From Fibrobacteria bacterium (GTDB lineage Bacteria > Fibrobacterota > Fibrobacteria > UBA11236), in assembly GCA_050486505.1 (NCBI GenBank), contig JBJHDK010000021.1, positions 1 to 34,653 of the forward strand: a DNA stretch of 34,653 nt, written 5' to 3'. The notes beneath the pieces were generated by a model, which was not told the DNA's origin, did no database searches, and saw nothing but the letters and a program-made list of their open reading frames with translations. A program made the translations under genes and the position numbers. The first letter of the stretch is position 1. Every line of letters begins with the position of its first letter. Below, one piece after another: positions 17,846-25,752 of the stretch.

Positions 17846-19174
17846 ATGTCCGTACGCATTACCAGCAAGTTCGGCGGCTCCAGCGTTGCCGACGCTTCCC
17901 AATTCCGCAAGATCCGCGACATTCTCGACAAGGATGACCGCCGCCGTGTGATCGTCGTTTCCGCCCCCGGCCGTCGCCGCCCCGACGAGGCGAAGATCAC
18001 CGATCTGTTGTATCAGTGCCATCATTCGGCCCGCAAGAAGATTCCCTTCGACGAGGCCTTTGCACTCATCCGCTCGCGCTTTCTCGAGATCGAGTCGGAG
18101 CTGGGGCTCGACGCGGGCATGGCCGCCGCCATGGACGCCTTCCACGCGCAAATCGCGGCTGGTGCCGACGGTGACTTCATCGCGTCGCGCGGGGAGCATT
18201 TCTCCGGACGGTTGATGGCGGCCTTTCTCGGCGCGGAGTTCGTGGATCCCGCCGAGTGCGTGTTCTTCGACAAGGCGGGGCGCCTCGATGCCCGCAGCTA
18301 TGAGTCCCTGGGTGCGCGCCTGGCGGACGCCGCGAAGCGTTACGTGATTCCCGGCTTCTATGGCTCCAGCGCCGAGGGCAAGGTGAAGACCTTTTCACGC
18401 GGAGGCTCCGACATCACCGGTGCGATCGCCGCGCGCGCGTCGTCCTCGGGGCTTTACGAGAACTGGACCGATGTATCGGGCCTGCTCATGGCCGACCCGC
18501 GTATCGTGAAGGATCCGCATCCGCTCGACATCGTGAGCTATCGCGAGATCCGCGAGCTGTCGTACATGGGCGCGAGCGTGTTCCATGACGAGGCGATCAA
18601 CCCCGTGCGCGAGGTGGGCATTCCCGTGGCCATCCGCAACACCAACCGCCCCGACGAGGCGGGCACGAACATCGTGCCGAAGCTTCCCGAGGTGACGCAG
18701 TACGACATCGCCGGCATCGCGGGCAAGCGCCACTTTTCGCTGTTCACGGTCGAGAAGACCATGATGAACCGCGAGGTGGGGTTCGCGCGCCGTTTCCTCG
18801 AGATCTTCGAGGCGCACGGCGTGTCGATCGAGCACTGCCCGACGAGCATCGACAGCATGTGCGTGCTGGTGGCCTCGGAAGAGATGGGCGAGAACGGCCA
18901 GAAGGCCGAGGCCATCCGCGAGGAGGCGCTGCGCGTGCTGCAGCCCGACAAGATCGAGGTGGAGGGCGACCTGAGCCTGATCGCGGTGGTGGGTGAAGGC
19001 ATGGCGCGCCAGGTGGGTATGGCGGCGAAGGTGTTCAAGGCGCTCGCCGAGGCGCAGGTGAACATCCGCATCATCGACCAGGGCGCGTCGGAGTTGAACA
19101 TCATCGTGGGCGTGTCGAACGCGGATTACGAGAAGGCGATCCGGGCGTTGTACGCGGAGATGACGCGGAAGTAG
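17846..19174 (+). CDS. lysC: Aspartate kinase with two C-terminal ACT domains
   Basis: KFGGSSVA, VVSAPG, SRGE, TFSRGGSDITGA, ENWTDVSG..ADPRIV, ELSYMGASVFH, and ACT repeats (IAVVGEGM, QGASELNI). Confidence 0.95.
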   Translation: MSVRITSKFGGSSVADASQFRKIRDILDKDDRRRVIVVSAPGRRRPDEAKITDLLYQCHHSARKKIPFDEAFALIRSRFLEIESELGLDAGMAAAMDAFHAQIAAGADGDFIASRGEHFSGRLMAAFLGAEFVDPAECVFFDKAGRLDARSYESLGARLADAAKRYVIPGFYGSSAEGKVKTFSRGGSDITGAIAARASSSGLYENWTDVSGLLMADPRIVKDPHPLDIVSYREIRELSYMGASVFHDEAINPVREVGIPVAIRNTNRPDEAGTNIVPKLPEVTQYDIAGIAGKRHFSLFTVEKTMMNREVGFARRFLEIFEAHGVSIEHCPTSIDSMCVLVASEEMGENGQKAEAIREEALRVLQPDKIEVEGDLSLIAVVGEGMARQVGMAAKVFKALAEAQVNIRIIDQGASELNIIVGVSNADYEKAIRALYAEMTRK

Positions 19175-19253
19175 AGGTTAGTGACGAAAAGCCTACCAAT
19201 CATTCACAGGTGTATGGACGGCTTGTTTGTCCATTGATTGGCGGAAGCTCAGG

Positions 19254-19634
19254 TCATTCAATGACTACAGCTGGCACGGTTCTAAGCCTCTCGCTCGTTG
19301 TCGTATAACGGTAGACCCCGATCTGTCTGGCGCACTTATTCGGCGGGATTCCGATTTTTTGGCCGTCATAGTAGAGTTCCCCCTCGTGATTAATTAGCAG
19401 GACGATTGTTTCGTTGGGGGATCTACCTGATTTCGCCAATGCCAGATTCGGTTTTAGTGCTTGAAAAATTTCCACGTCGTTTCTGATTATGCACTTCCCT
19501 TTTTCCGGAAGCATGGTCAGCCCTGGAATATTATTTACAGAAGCACTGGATTCGTCTTCATGAGACATCAAAATCACAAACAGCACGAAGACAGTTGTGG
19601 CTACCCCTGCAACGAAGCCACCTATGAATTTCAT
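19254..19634 (-). CDS. Hypothetical membrane-anchored protein (126 aa), low GC
   Basis: ATG with AGGAG RBS, N-terminal TM helix, globular C-domain with two Cys (...YYDGQKIGIPPNKCARQIGVYRY...TVPAVVIE). Confidence 0.75.
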   Translation of the reverse strand: MKFIGGFVAGVATTVFVLFVILMSHEDESSASVNNIPGLTMLPEKGKCIIRNDVEIFQALKPNLALAKSGRSPNETIVLLINHEGELYYDGQKIGIPPNKCARQIGVYRYTTTSERLRTVPAVVIE

Positions 19635-20169
19635 GCGAGCCGCTCCTGAGAGATGTTAGTTTCTGATTCGAAATTAATTAATGTCGTTAAACGATACAAA
19701 AGCTGATTATTTTGCGTCACAATGTGATGCGTGTGCCAAAATCTCTGGACGGAATTCAGCCTCTTCGTGGTCCGAGAATGGGGCGAACGGCTATCGCCGA
19801 GCCTACTGAAGCTGATGCCGTGATGCTTTCTTTTTCGGATTGCTCCAATCCCCCACAAGCGCCGGATCGCCCAGCATCATCTATCGCGAGTAGGATACTC
19901 AAAGGGCGTCACAAGAAAGATCGAGGGTGCTGAGCATCAACGTCTCATGCAAAAGAACACGGCTATTTCAGGGAGCGTTGCGGTAGTCTTGCTGTTTACC
20001 CAGCGCGGACGCGACGCATGAGTTCCTCATACGAAATCGGCTTACTCTTGCCGCTCTTGTAATCCGCAATATGTGCCCCTGCGATCTCCAAGTGCTCAGG
20101 AAGCATTTCATTGACGTGGCAAGCGAGAAGCAAATGCGCCATTTATTCAAAGATTGTGCCAATTTGGCG

Positions 20170-20230
20170 GATATTATGGAGTATACTCCAGATTATCACG
20201 GTTATTATGGAGTACACTCCATAATATCAC
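20170..20230. promoter_or_regulatory. Tandem pair of palindromic operator-like sites, 31-bp period
   Basis: TATTATGGAGTATACTCCAGATTATCAC (20172) and TATTATGGAGTACACTCCATAATATCAC (20203). The repeat is seen directly; a regulatory function is inferred. Confidence 0.5.
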
Positions 20231-20370
20231 ACCTCCTCGTGCCCTCATCACCGCTCCCAAAAACGACGAATCGCTGAATTTCGCGTTTTTAGGGCATCAA
20301 TCCTATAAATTCGAGGATTCAATCCAATAATTTCTTCGGTTCATACCCAATGATTTCGTCTATCAGGCAG

Positions 20371-21216
20371 TCACACGTCCTCCGGCCGCGACCGGATGTA
20401 CCCCACCAGGATGTCCCGCCAGGGAGTCCCCCCGCGCCAATGGTGCAGAAACTCCCGATACAGGCCCAAGATCATCGTCCGAACCTCGGCCGCGGGAACC
20501 TTCGGGTCGTCGGCGAACAGCGCCGCCGTGAAATCCTCCGCGAACTCCTCGTCGGCCGCGGCGAAGCGCGCCGAGAGGAAGAACAGCGAGCCCGCGATGC
20601 AGCTCACGCTGTGCTGCTTGACGTAGAGCACCGACTCGGTGATCGCCAACATCTCGCGACGCACGTGCGCGGCCCGGGCCAGCGCCTCGGACTCCCCGCG
20701 GGCCGCCAGCGCCGGCAGCCATTCCCGGAACTTGAGGAAGGTGTGCGCCGCGATGAGCACGTGCAGGCTGGGCAGGCAGTGATAGTGCGGGTCGAAGAAC
20801 TTGATGAAGGCCATGCGAAGCGTGCGGAATCCCGCCGGGCGGCGCGTGGTGGTGGGGTACTCCCTGCTGATGCTTCCGGCATCGCGGTACAGGGCATCCA
20901 TTTCGGACAGGAAGCGCAACCAGAGTGTCATGGAGGGGCGGCCCGCGACGCTTCGCGCGAACCCGAGCGTTTCGATCCACAGGGTGACGAAGGTGAGATA
21001 CTTGGGATAGAGATCGGGGCGAAAGGGGATGCGGTCGTCCATCGGCCCGTCCACATAACGCGCCCCGTCGGGGATCCCGAGCCAGCGCCGCGCGCGGAGG
21101 CGGTATTGCGGCCAGAAAAAGTCGCGCCACACGGTGCCGATGAAGCGCGCGACGGGGCGCCACGACTCGGGGTGTATCAACACGGCCCACACCGCGCGCG
21201 GCCAGGCGAGGGTCAT
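20371..21216 (-). CDS. Hypothetical protein with PAP2/lipid phosphotransferase-like motifs (281 aa)
   Basis: ATG at 21216 overlaps the upstream stop (ATGA). DPHYHCLPSLHV and SVLYVKQHSVSC resemble the PAP2 C2 (PSxH) and C3 (S....xH...D) motifs. Confidence 0.65.
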   Translation of the reverse strand: MTLAWPRAVWAVLIHPESWRPVARFIGTVWRDFFWPQYRLRARRWLGIPDGARYVDGPMDDRIPFRPDLYPKYLTFVTLWIETLGFARSVAGRPSMTLWLRFLSEMDALYRDAGSISREYPTTTRRPAGFRTLRMAFIKFFDPHYHCLPSLHVLIAAHTFLKFREWLPALAARGESEALARAAHVRREMLAITESVLYVKQHSVSCIAGSLFFLSARFAAADEEFAEDFTAALFADDPKVPAAEVRTMILGLYREFLHHWRGGTPWRDILVGYIRSRPEDV

Positions 21217-22247
21217 GCTGCCTCCCGCTTGAGAGAATCCAGCACCTTGATCATCGCCCGCGCGGCGTGGTTGTGCCCGACGAACTGGTTGATCGTACCG
21301 GTGAGGAATGTCCGGGTGCGGGGATGGAAAAAGGCGAACGAGCCCGAGTGGCCCCAATGGCCGAGCATGCCGCGCTTGGGGTGCAACAGTTCGACGGGTT
21401 GCATCGAGAGGCCCGTGCCGTAGAAAAAGACGCCGGGGGAGAACAAAATCCGCCATCGGGCGCAGAGCTCTTGGATGCGAGCAGCGTCGAAGAGAACCCC
21501 TCCGAAGAAGGCTTCCAGGAATCCCCCCAAATCCTCCGCGGTGGACACGATTCCGCCTTCCGTTCCGATCGATGCCATGTAAAGCGGCAATTCGAGTCGG
21601 CGCTCCTTGTAGAACATGGGGACAAGACGCTCGTCGGGCGCGCCCCGGTACATGTAGGTGTCGCGCAGCCCGAGCGGGGCGAGAATGAATTCCCGGAAGA
21701 CATCATCCACGCTTCGATCCGCGGCGGCCTCGATCACGGCGCCGAGCAGCCGGAAGTTCGTGTCGCAGTAGCGCGCCTTCGCGCCCGGCAGGGAGCGCGC
21801 ACGCGTCCCGCGCGCGGCATCCAGAACGGACGCGATGTCGCGCGCGCCGTCCTGATTGGAGAGCAGCGCCGTCAGGGTCGGGTCATCGAAGTAGTCGGGG
21901 ATCCCCGAGGTGTTGGACAGAAGATGGCGCAGGGTGACCAGTCCGGTGCGGTCCACGCCGTCGCGCATCACGTGCAGGCCGCGGATCAACTCGCCCGGAA
22001 GATGTTTCGCCATTGGGTCGTCGAGGGTGAGTTTTTTTTGCTCCTCGAGTTTCAGGAGTGTCGTCGTGACGAAGAGCTTGGTGACGCTGGCCGCAAAGAA
22101 GCGCGAGTCGGGTGCGAGGTTTCCCGCGGCGGCGGTGTGCAGCCAGTCGTCCTTCCGCGCGTGGAGGACGAATCCATGCACATGGCGCTTGCTTGCGGTA
22201 TCACGGACGATGCGCTCAAGGAGTTCGCGGGCCGGGAATGATTTCAT
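21213..22247 (-). CDS. Serine hydrolase, beta-lactamase/D-Ala carboxypeptidase-related family
   Basis: FAASVTK (SxxK), LRHLLSNTSG, YCDTNF (Tyr motif), GGIVST, GHWGH. No signal peptide. Confidence 0.9.
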   Translation of the reverse strand: MKSFPARELLERIVRDTASKRHVHGFVLHARKDDWLHTAAAGNLAPDSRFFAASVTKLFVTTTLLKLEEQKKLTLDDPMAKHLPGELIRGLHVMRDGVDRTGLVTLRHLLSNTSGIPDYFDDPTLTALLSNQDGARDIASVLDAARGTRARSLPGAKARYCDTNFRLLGAVIEAAADRSVDDVFREFILAPLGLRDTYMYRGAPDERLVPMFYKERRLELPLYMASIGTEGGIVSTAEDLGGFLEAFFGGVLFDAARIQELCARWRILFSPGVFFYGTGLSMQPVELLHPKRGMLGHWGHSGSFAFFHPRTRTFLTGTINQFVGHNHAARAMIKVLDSLKREAA

Positions 22248-22573
22248 GGGGTTCGCTTCGCGGTGGCCCGAGACGGCATCGTGCCTGTGCGGAATGCCAA
22301 CCCCGCCGCCTTCAACGCCGAGCGCAACGTGGGCATGGAGGCGGGCCCGATGCCGTGCAAGGCGAGCACCTCCTTCTCCGTGCGCGTGGAAAGTTTCTTG
22401 AGCGTGGTCAGGCCCTCATGTTGCAGCGCCCGGAAGGTCGGCGCGCTGAGGTCGGCCATGAAGCCCGAGGTCGGCCTTTTGGCCGCCTCGCACTGCGGGC
22501 AGGTGGGACAATCGGAGCTTTTGTAAAACTTGTGGCCCTCGGGGCAGGTGCGGGGGGTTCCGGATGCGGGCAT
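22244..22573 (-). CDS. Small protein: Cys/His Zn-binding N-terminus plus RNA polymerase alpha-CTD-like helix-hairpin-helix domain (109 aa)
   Basis: GGAG RBS before ATG 22573. TCPEGHKFYKSSDCPTCPQC is followed by LSAPTFRALQHEG...EKEVLALHGIGPAS. Confidence 0.8.
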   Translation of the reverse strand: MPASGTPRTCPEGHKFYKSSDCPTCPQCEAAKRPTSGFMADLSAPTFRALQHEGLTTLKKLSTRTEKEVLALHGIGPASMPTLRSALKAAGLAFRTGTMPSRATAKRTP

Positions 22574-22619
22574 GGCGTTCTCCAGGGCTTTGTGCTCGTC
22601 CCCAGAAAGGTAAGGGATA

Positions 22620-23234
22620 TCAGGGGTTCCCCACAACCTGCCTTCGCCACGCGATAAGTGCCACCAGTGCGACACAGCCGACCCCCACCGCTGCGGGAAA
22701 GAGGACGGTCGTGAGGTTCAGGCGCTCCAGCGCGAGGATGACGAGCAAGTTGCGCAGCGCGGCGAGGCCGAAAAAACCCGCGCGCTCGGTGTGCGGGTTC
22801 GCCCAGGCCGAGCGGAAGGTCGGGCCGAAGCCGATCAGGTCCACCGCCGTGAGAATGACGACGGCCCACAGCGGATCCGACGTGACGACCCAGACGGGGA
22901 TGGCGGAAACCGCGGTGACGAAAAAGACCCAGTCGATGCGCGTGATGGACGTGTCCGCGCGGTGCGCCCAGGCGAGCCAGGCGATGTAGAGGGTGATGAA
23001 CCCGGAAACGATGATGGGCCATGCGCCGACGCCCCCGCCGCCCGCAAGCTGCGCGAATCCCACCACCGCGGTGCCGAGTCCCCAGATCACCCACGAGAAA
23101 ACGTGCGGCTTGGTGCGGCCCGCGCGGATGGAGCGGATGTAGGGGATGAAGATGACGAAGGTGAGAACCATCGCCGCGGCGCCGAGGATTTCACGCCATG
23201 GGGAAAAGATCAGAGGAGATCCGGCCGGGTCCAT
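22620..23234 (-). CDS. Hypothetical integral membrane protein (PQ-loop/SemiSWEET-like repeat organisation, 204 aa)
   Basis: About 7 hydrophobic segments. IPYIRSIRAGRTKPHVFSW and GFGPTFRSAWANPHTE form internal repeat-like halves. Confidence 0.75.
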   Translation of the reverse strand: MDPAGSPLIFSPWREILGAAAMVLTFVIFIPYIRSIRAGRTKPHVFSWVIWGLGTAVVGFAQLAGGGGVGAWPIIVSGFITLYIAWLAWAHRADTSITRIDWVFFVTAVSAIPVWVVTSDPLWAVVILTAVDLIGFGPTFRSAWANPHTERAGFFGLAALRNLLVILALERLNLTTVLFPAAVGVGCVALVALIAWRRQVVGNP

Positions 23235-23287
23235 GGCGGGACAATGTAAGATCGGGGTGTGATGGAAGGGCGATTCTGTGGTGGGCT

Positions 23288-23908
23288 TCAGGGGCGTCGA
23301 TCGGGATTGTTGCGATCCCGGTGCCAATTCGCGGGGTTGTTCCGGATATACGCACGGATCCGTTCCAGGGATCGTTCATTACGGATGATGTGGTCGTGGT
23401 AGTTCCTTTGCCACACCGGCCCGATCCAACCATGCATGCGCATCCGACGTGTGACGGCGATTTTGAATCCACGAACCATCGATCCGATTGTTCGTGACGT
23501 TCCGTGACCCATCGGGAACAATTTTGATCGGGGCATTTGTCGTGGGTGAATGGTGTGTTGTTGTAGGGGCAAATAATCATTTGCCCCTACATGAACCCCG
23601 CATTTCGATATTGTCCCATCCGCGTGCACCCATTCGTGTTTCACAATCCGGATGATGCCATGCACATGATTCGGCATGACGATATGTTCATCCAATTCGG
23701 CGTGGGGAAAATGTCCGGGGATTTCGTTCCAGAACGATTCCGCGGCGCGACCCGCGTCGTTCAGGGACATGGTGCCATCGACCACATTGCCGAACAACAT
23801 TTGTCGATCGTGGGTGCATAGCGTGACGTAATAATTTCCCGGGGACGAATAATCGCGTGCACGAAGGCGCGTGGATCGTCTGCGATGCAAATGTGGGTCA
23901 AGGGACAT
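23288..23908 (-). mobile_element. REP-associated tyrosine transposase (RAYT, IS200/Y1 HUH family)
   Basis: RRSTRLRARDYSSPGNYYVTLCTHDR, VMPNHVHGII (HUH), VWQRNYHDHIIRNE, YIRNNP (catalytic Tyr). Alternative start at 23920. Confidence 0.92.
23562..23591. repeat. GTAG-type REP palindrome inside the RAYT gene
   Basis: TGTAGGGGCAAAT-AATC-ATTTGCCCCTACA, 13-bp perfect arms. Confidence 0.85.
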
Positions 23909-23971
23909 TCCGGATAACATAATCCGGCGGCGGAAAATGGGTCGTGACGGTGGTCACGCGGTCATGAAACC

Positions 23972-24820
23972 CTACCGTTCCTTCGGATCGAGCGCATCCT
24001 TCAACGCATCGTTGAACAGGTTGAACGCCAGTACCAGCACGAACAACGCCACCGTCGCGGCGGTGAACTGCCACCACACGCCGCGCCCGATGAGCTCCAG
24101 GCGCGCATCGTCGATCATCACCCCCCAGCTGGGGAAATTCTGCACCCCCACACCCAGGTACGACAGGATCACCTCGCTCTTGATCGCATACACGAATACC
24201 AGCGACGCCTGCACCATCACCAGGTGCAGCACGTTCGGCAGCACGTGTACGAACAGGATGCGCAGGTCGCGCGCGCCGATGGAGCAGACCGCACGGACGT
24301 AGTCGAGTTCCTTCTGCCGGATGGCCTCGCCGCGCACCACGCGGCAGGTCGAGACCCACGAGGTCACGCCCAGCGCGATGCACACCGTCACCAGCCCGCG
24401 GCCCGTGGGCAACACCATCGCCAGCGCCAGCAGCAGCAGGATGGTGGGAATGGCGTCGAGCGTGGAGTAGAACCAAACCACCAGCGCGTCGATCTTGCCG
24501 CGGAAGTATCCCGAGGCGAGGCCCAGCAGCGTGCCCAGCGGGATGGCGATGGCGGTGGAGAAAAAGCCCACGATCAACGCCACCCGCGACCCCTGAATCA
24601 CGCGGTCCGACACGGAGCGCCCCAGGACATCGAGCCCGAGCCAATGTTCCGCGGAGGGAGGAGCGTAGGCATCCCCCACCTGTTCCGAATACCCCGAGGC
24701 GAGCACGCCCGCGAGTGCCAGCAGGCCGGCGGCGATGTAGGCGACGATCACCGCCAGGGATCCGATGGCGATCCAGTCTCCGCGAAAACGGCGCACCGCC
24801 TTTTCGAAAAGGACCCGCAT
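23972..24820 (-). CDS. Peptide/nickel ABC transporter permease (OppC/DppC-like)
   Basis: PPSAEHWLGLDVLGR, EAA-loop DYVRAVCSIGA...HVLPN, LSYLGVG..PSWG. Confidence 0.92.
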   Translation of the reverse strand: MRVLFEKAVRRFRGDWIAIGSLAVIVAYIAAGLLALAGVLASGYSEQVGDAYAPPSAEHWLGLDVLGRSVSDRVIQGSRVALIVGFFSTAIAIPLGTLLGLASGYFRGKIDALVVWFYSTLDAIPTILLLLALAMVLPTGRGLVTVCIALGVTSWVSTCRVVRGEAIRQKELDYVRAVCSIGARDLRILFVHVLPNVLHLVMVQASLVFVYAIKSEVILSYLGVGVQNFPSWGVMIDDARLELIGRGVWWQFTAATVALFVLVLAFNLFNDALKDALDPKER

Positions 24821-25752
24821 CAGGAGTGCCTCACGCGCGGGTCGACCACCGCATAGAGGATGTCACCCAGGATGTTCGCGCCGATGTAGATGACTGCGCC
24901 GACGAAGACCACGGCCTTGATCACGGGGAAGTCCGACGCGTTGATGGCGTTGATGCTCATGTTGCCGAGGCCCGGAATGCCGAAGAAGTTTTCGAGCAGC
25001 AGCGCCCCGGTGAAGAGCATGGGGATCTCGATGACGAGATGCGTGAGGATGGGGATCATGGCGTTCGGCAGCACGTGCCGGGTCATGATGCGGGGCCACG
25101 CGAGGCCTTTGGCGCGCGCCGTGACGACGTATTCCTTGCGCATCTCCTCGATGAACACCGCGCGGTAGTAGCGCACCGAGGAGCCCAGCGAGGCGGCCAC
25201 CCAGATGAGAACGGGGAGGGCCAGGAACGGGACGCCGCGCAGCCCCGGTTCCCAGCCGGAAATGGGGAACCAGCCGAGCTTGAACGCGAAGATGTATTGC
25301 GCGCCGATGATGAAGGCCAGCACGCTGAGGCTCATGCCTGCGACGGAGAGCGCCACGAGGGCGCGGTCGGGCCAGCGGTTGTGGTAGAGGGCGGAGATCA
25401 GCGCGACCGTGAGCGCCGCGATCGTGGCGAGGAAGAAGGCGGGGATGGCGAGCGACAGCGAGGGGCCGATGCCGTCCCAGATCATTTGGGACACGCGCTG
25501 GCGGGTTTCCCACGAGCGGCCGAAATCCAGTTGCACGAGGTCGCGCAGGTACACGAAGTATTGCTGCCACAGGGGAAGGTCGAGCCCGAGTTGGCGTGTG
25601 AGCCGCTCGATTTCCTCGGGCGTGGCGGAGCGCTCCAGCATGCGGTACACGGGGTTTCCGCCGATCCAGTGGAAGAGCGCGAAGATCACCAGCGTGATCC
25701 CGAAGAGGATCGCGGAGGCGTGCGCAAGGCGACGGAGAAGGAAGCGCGTCAT
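24820..25752 (-). CDS. Peptide/nickel ABC transporter permease (OppB/DppB-like)
   Basis: FLLRRL, LGLDLPLWQQY, EYVVTARAKGL...HVLPNA, ENFFGIPGLG. Confidence 0.93.
   Translation of the reverse strand: MTRFLLRRLAHASAILFGITLVIFALFHWIGGNPVYRMLERSATPEEIERLTRQLGLDLPLWQQYFVYLRDLVQLDFGRSWETRQRVSQMIWDGIGPSLSLAIPAFFLATIAALTVALISALYHNRWPDRALVALSVAGMSLSVLAFIIGAQYIFAFKLGWFPISGWEPGLRGVPFLALPVLIWVAASLGSSVRYYRAVFIEEMRKEYVVTARAKGLAWPRIMTRHVLPNAMIPILTHLVIEIPMLFTGALLLENFFGIPGLGNMSINAINASDFPVIKAVVFVGAVIYIGANILGDILYAVVDPRVRHS

Larger units (their letters stand above)
19175..20370. other. AT-rich island between convergent genes (probable horizontally acquired or decayed DNA)
   Basis: Visibly lower GC than the flanks, only one convincing ORF, and tandem palindromes at 20170-20230. 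Confidence 0.7.

Noticed and set aside
19175..19700. Integron cassette (attC) around the low-GC ORF
   Set aside because: No convincing RYYYAAC...GTTRRRY paired ends and no integrase in the window.
19712..20277. Small ORFs 19712..19933, 19968..20162, 20071..20277
   Set aside because: Short, with weak starts, no recognisable motifs and mutual overlap. They cannot be supported without homology data.
21213..22247. True beta-lactamase resistance gene
   Set aside because: No signal peptide and no KTG triad; the motifs fit the broad serine hydrolase/esterase group.
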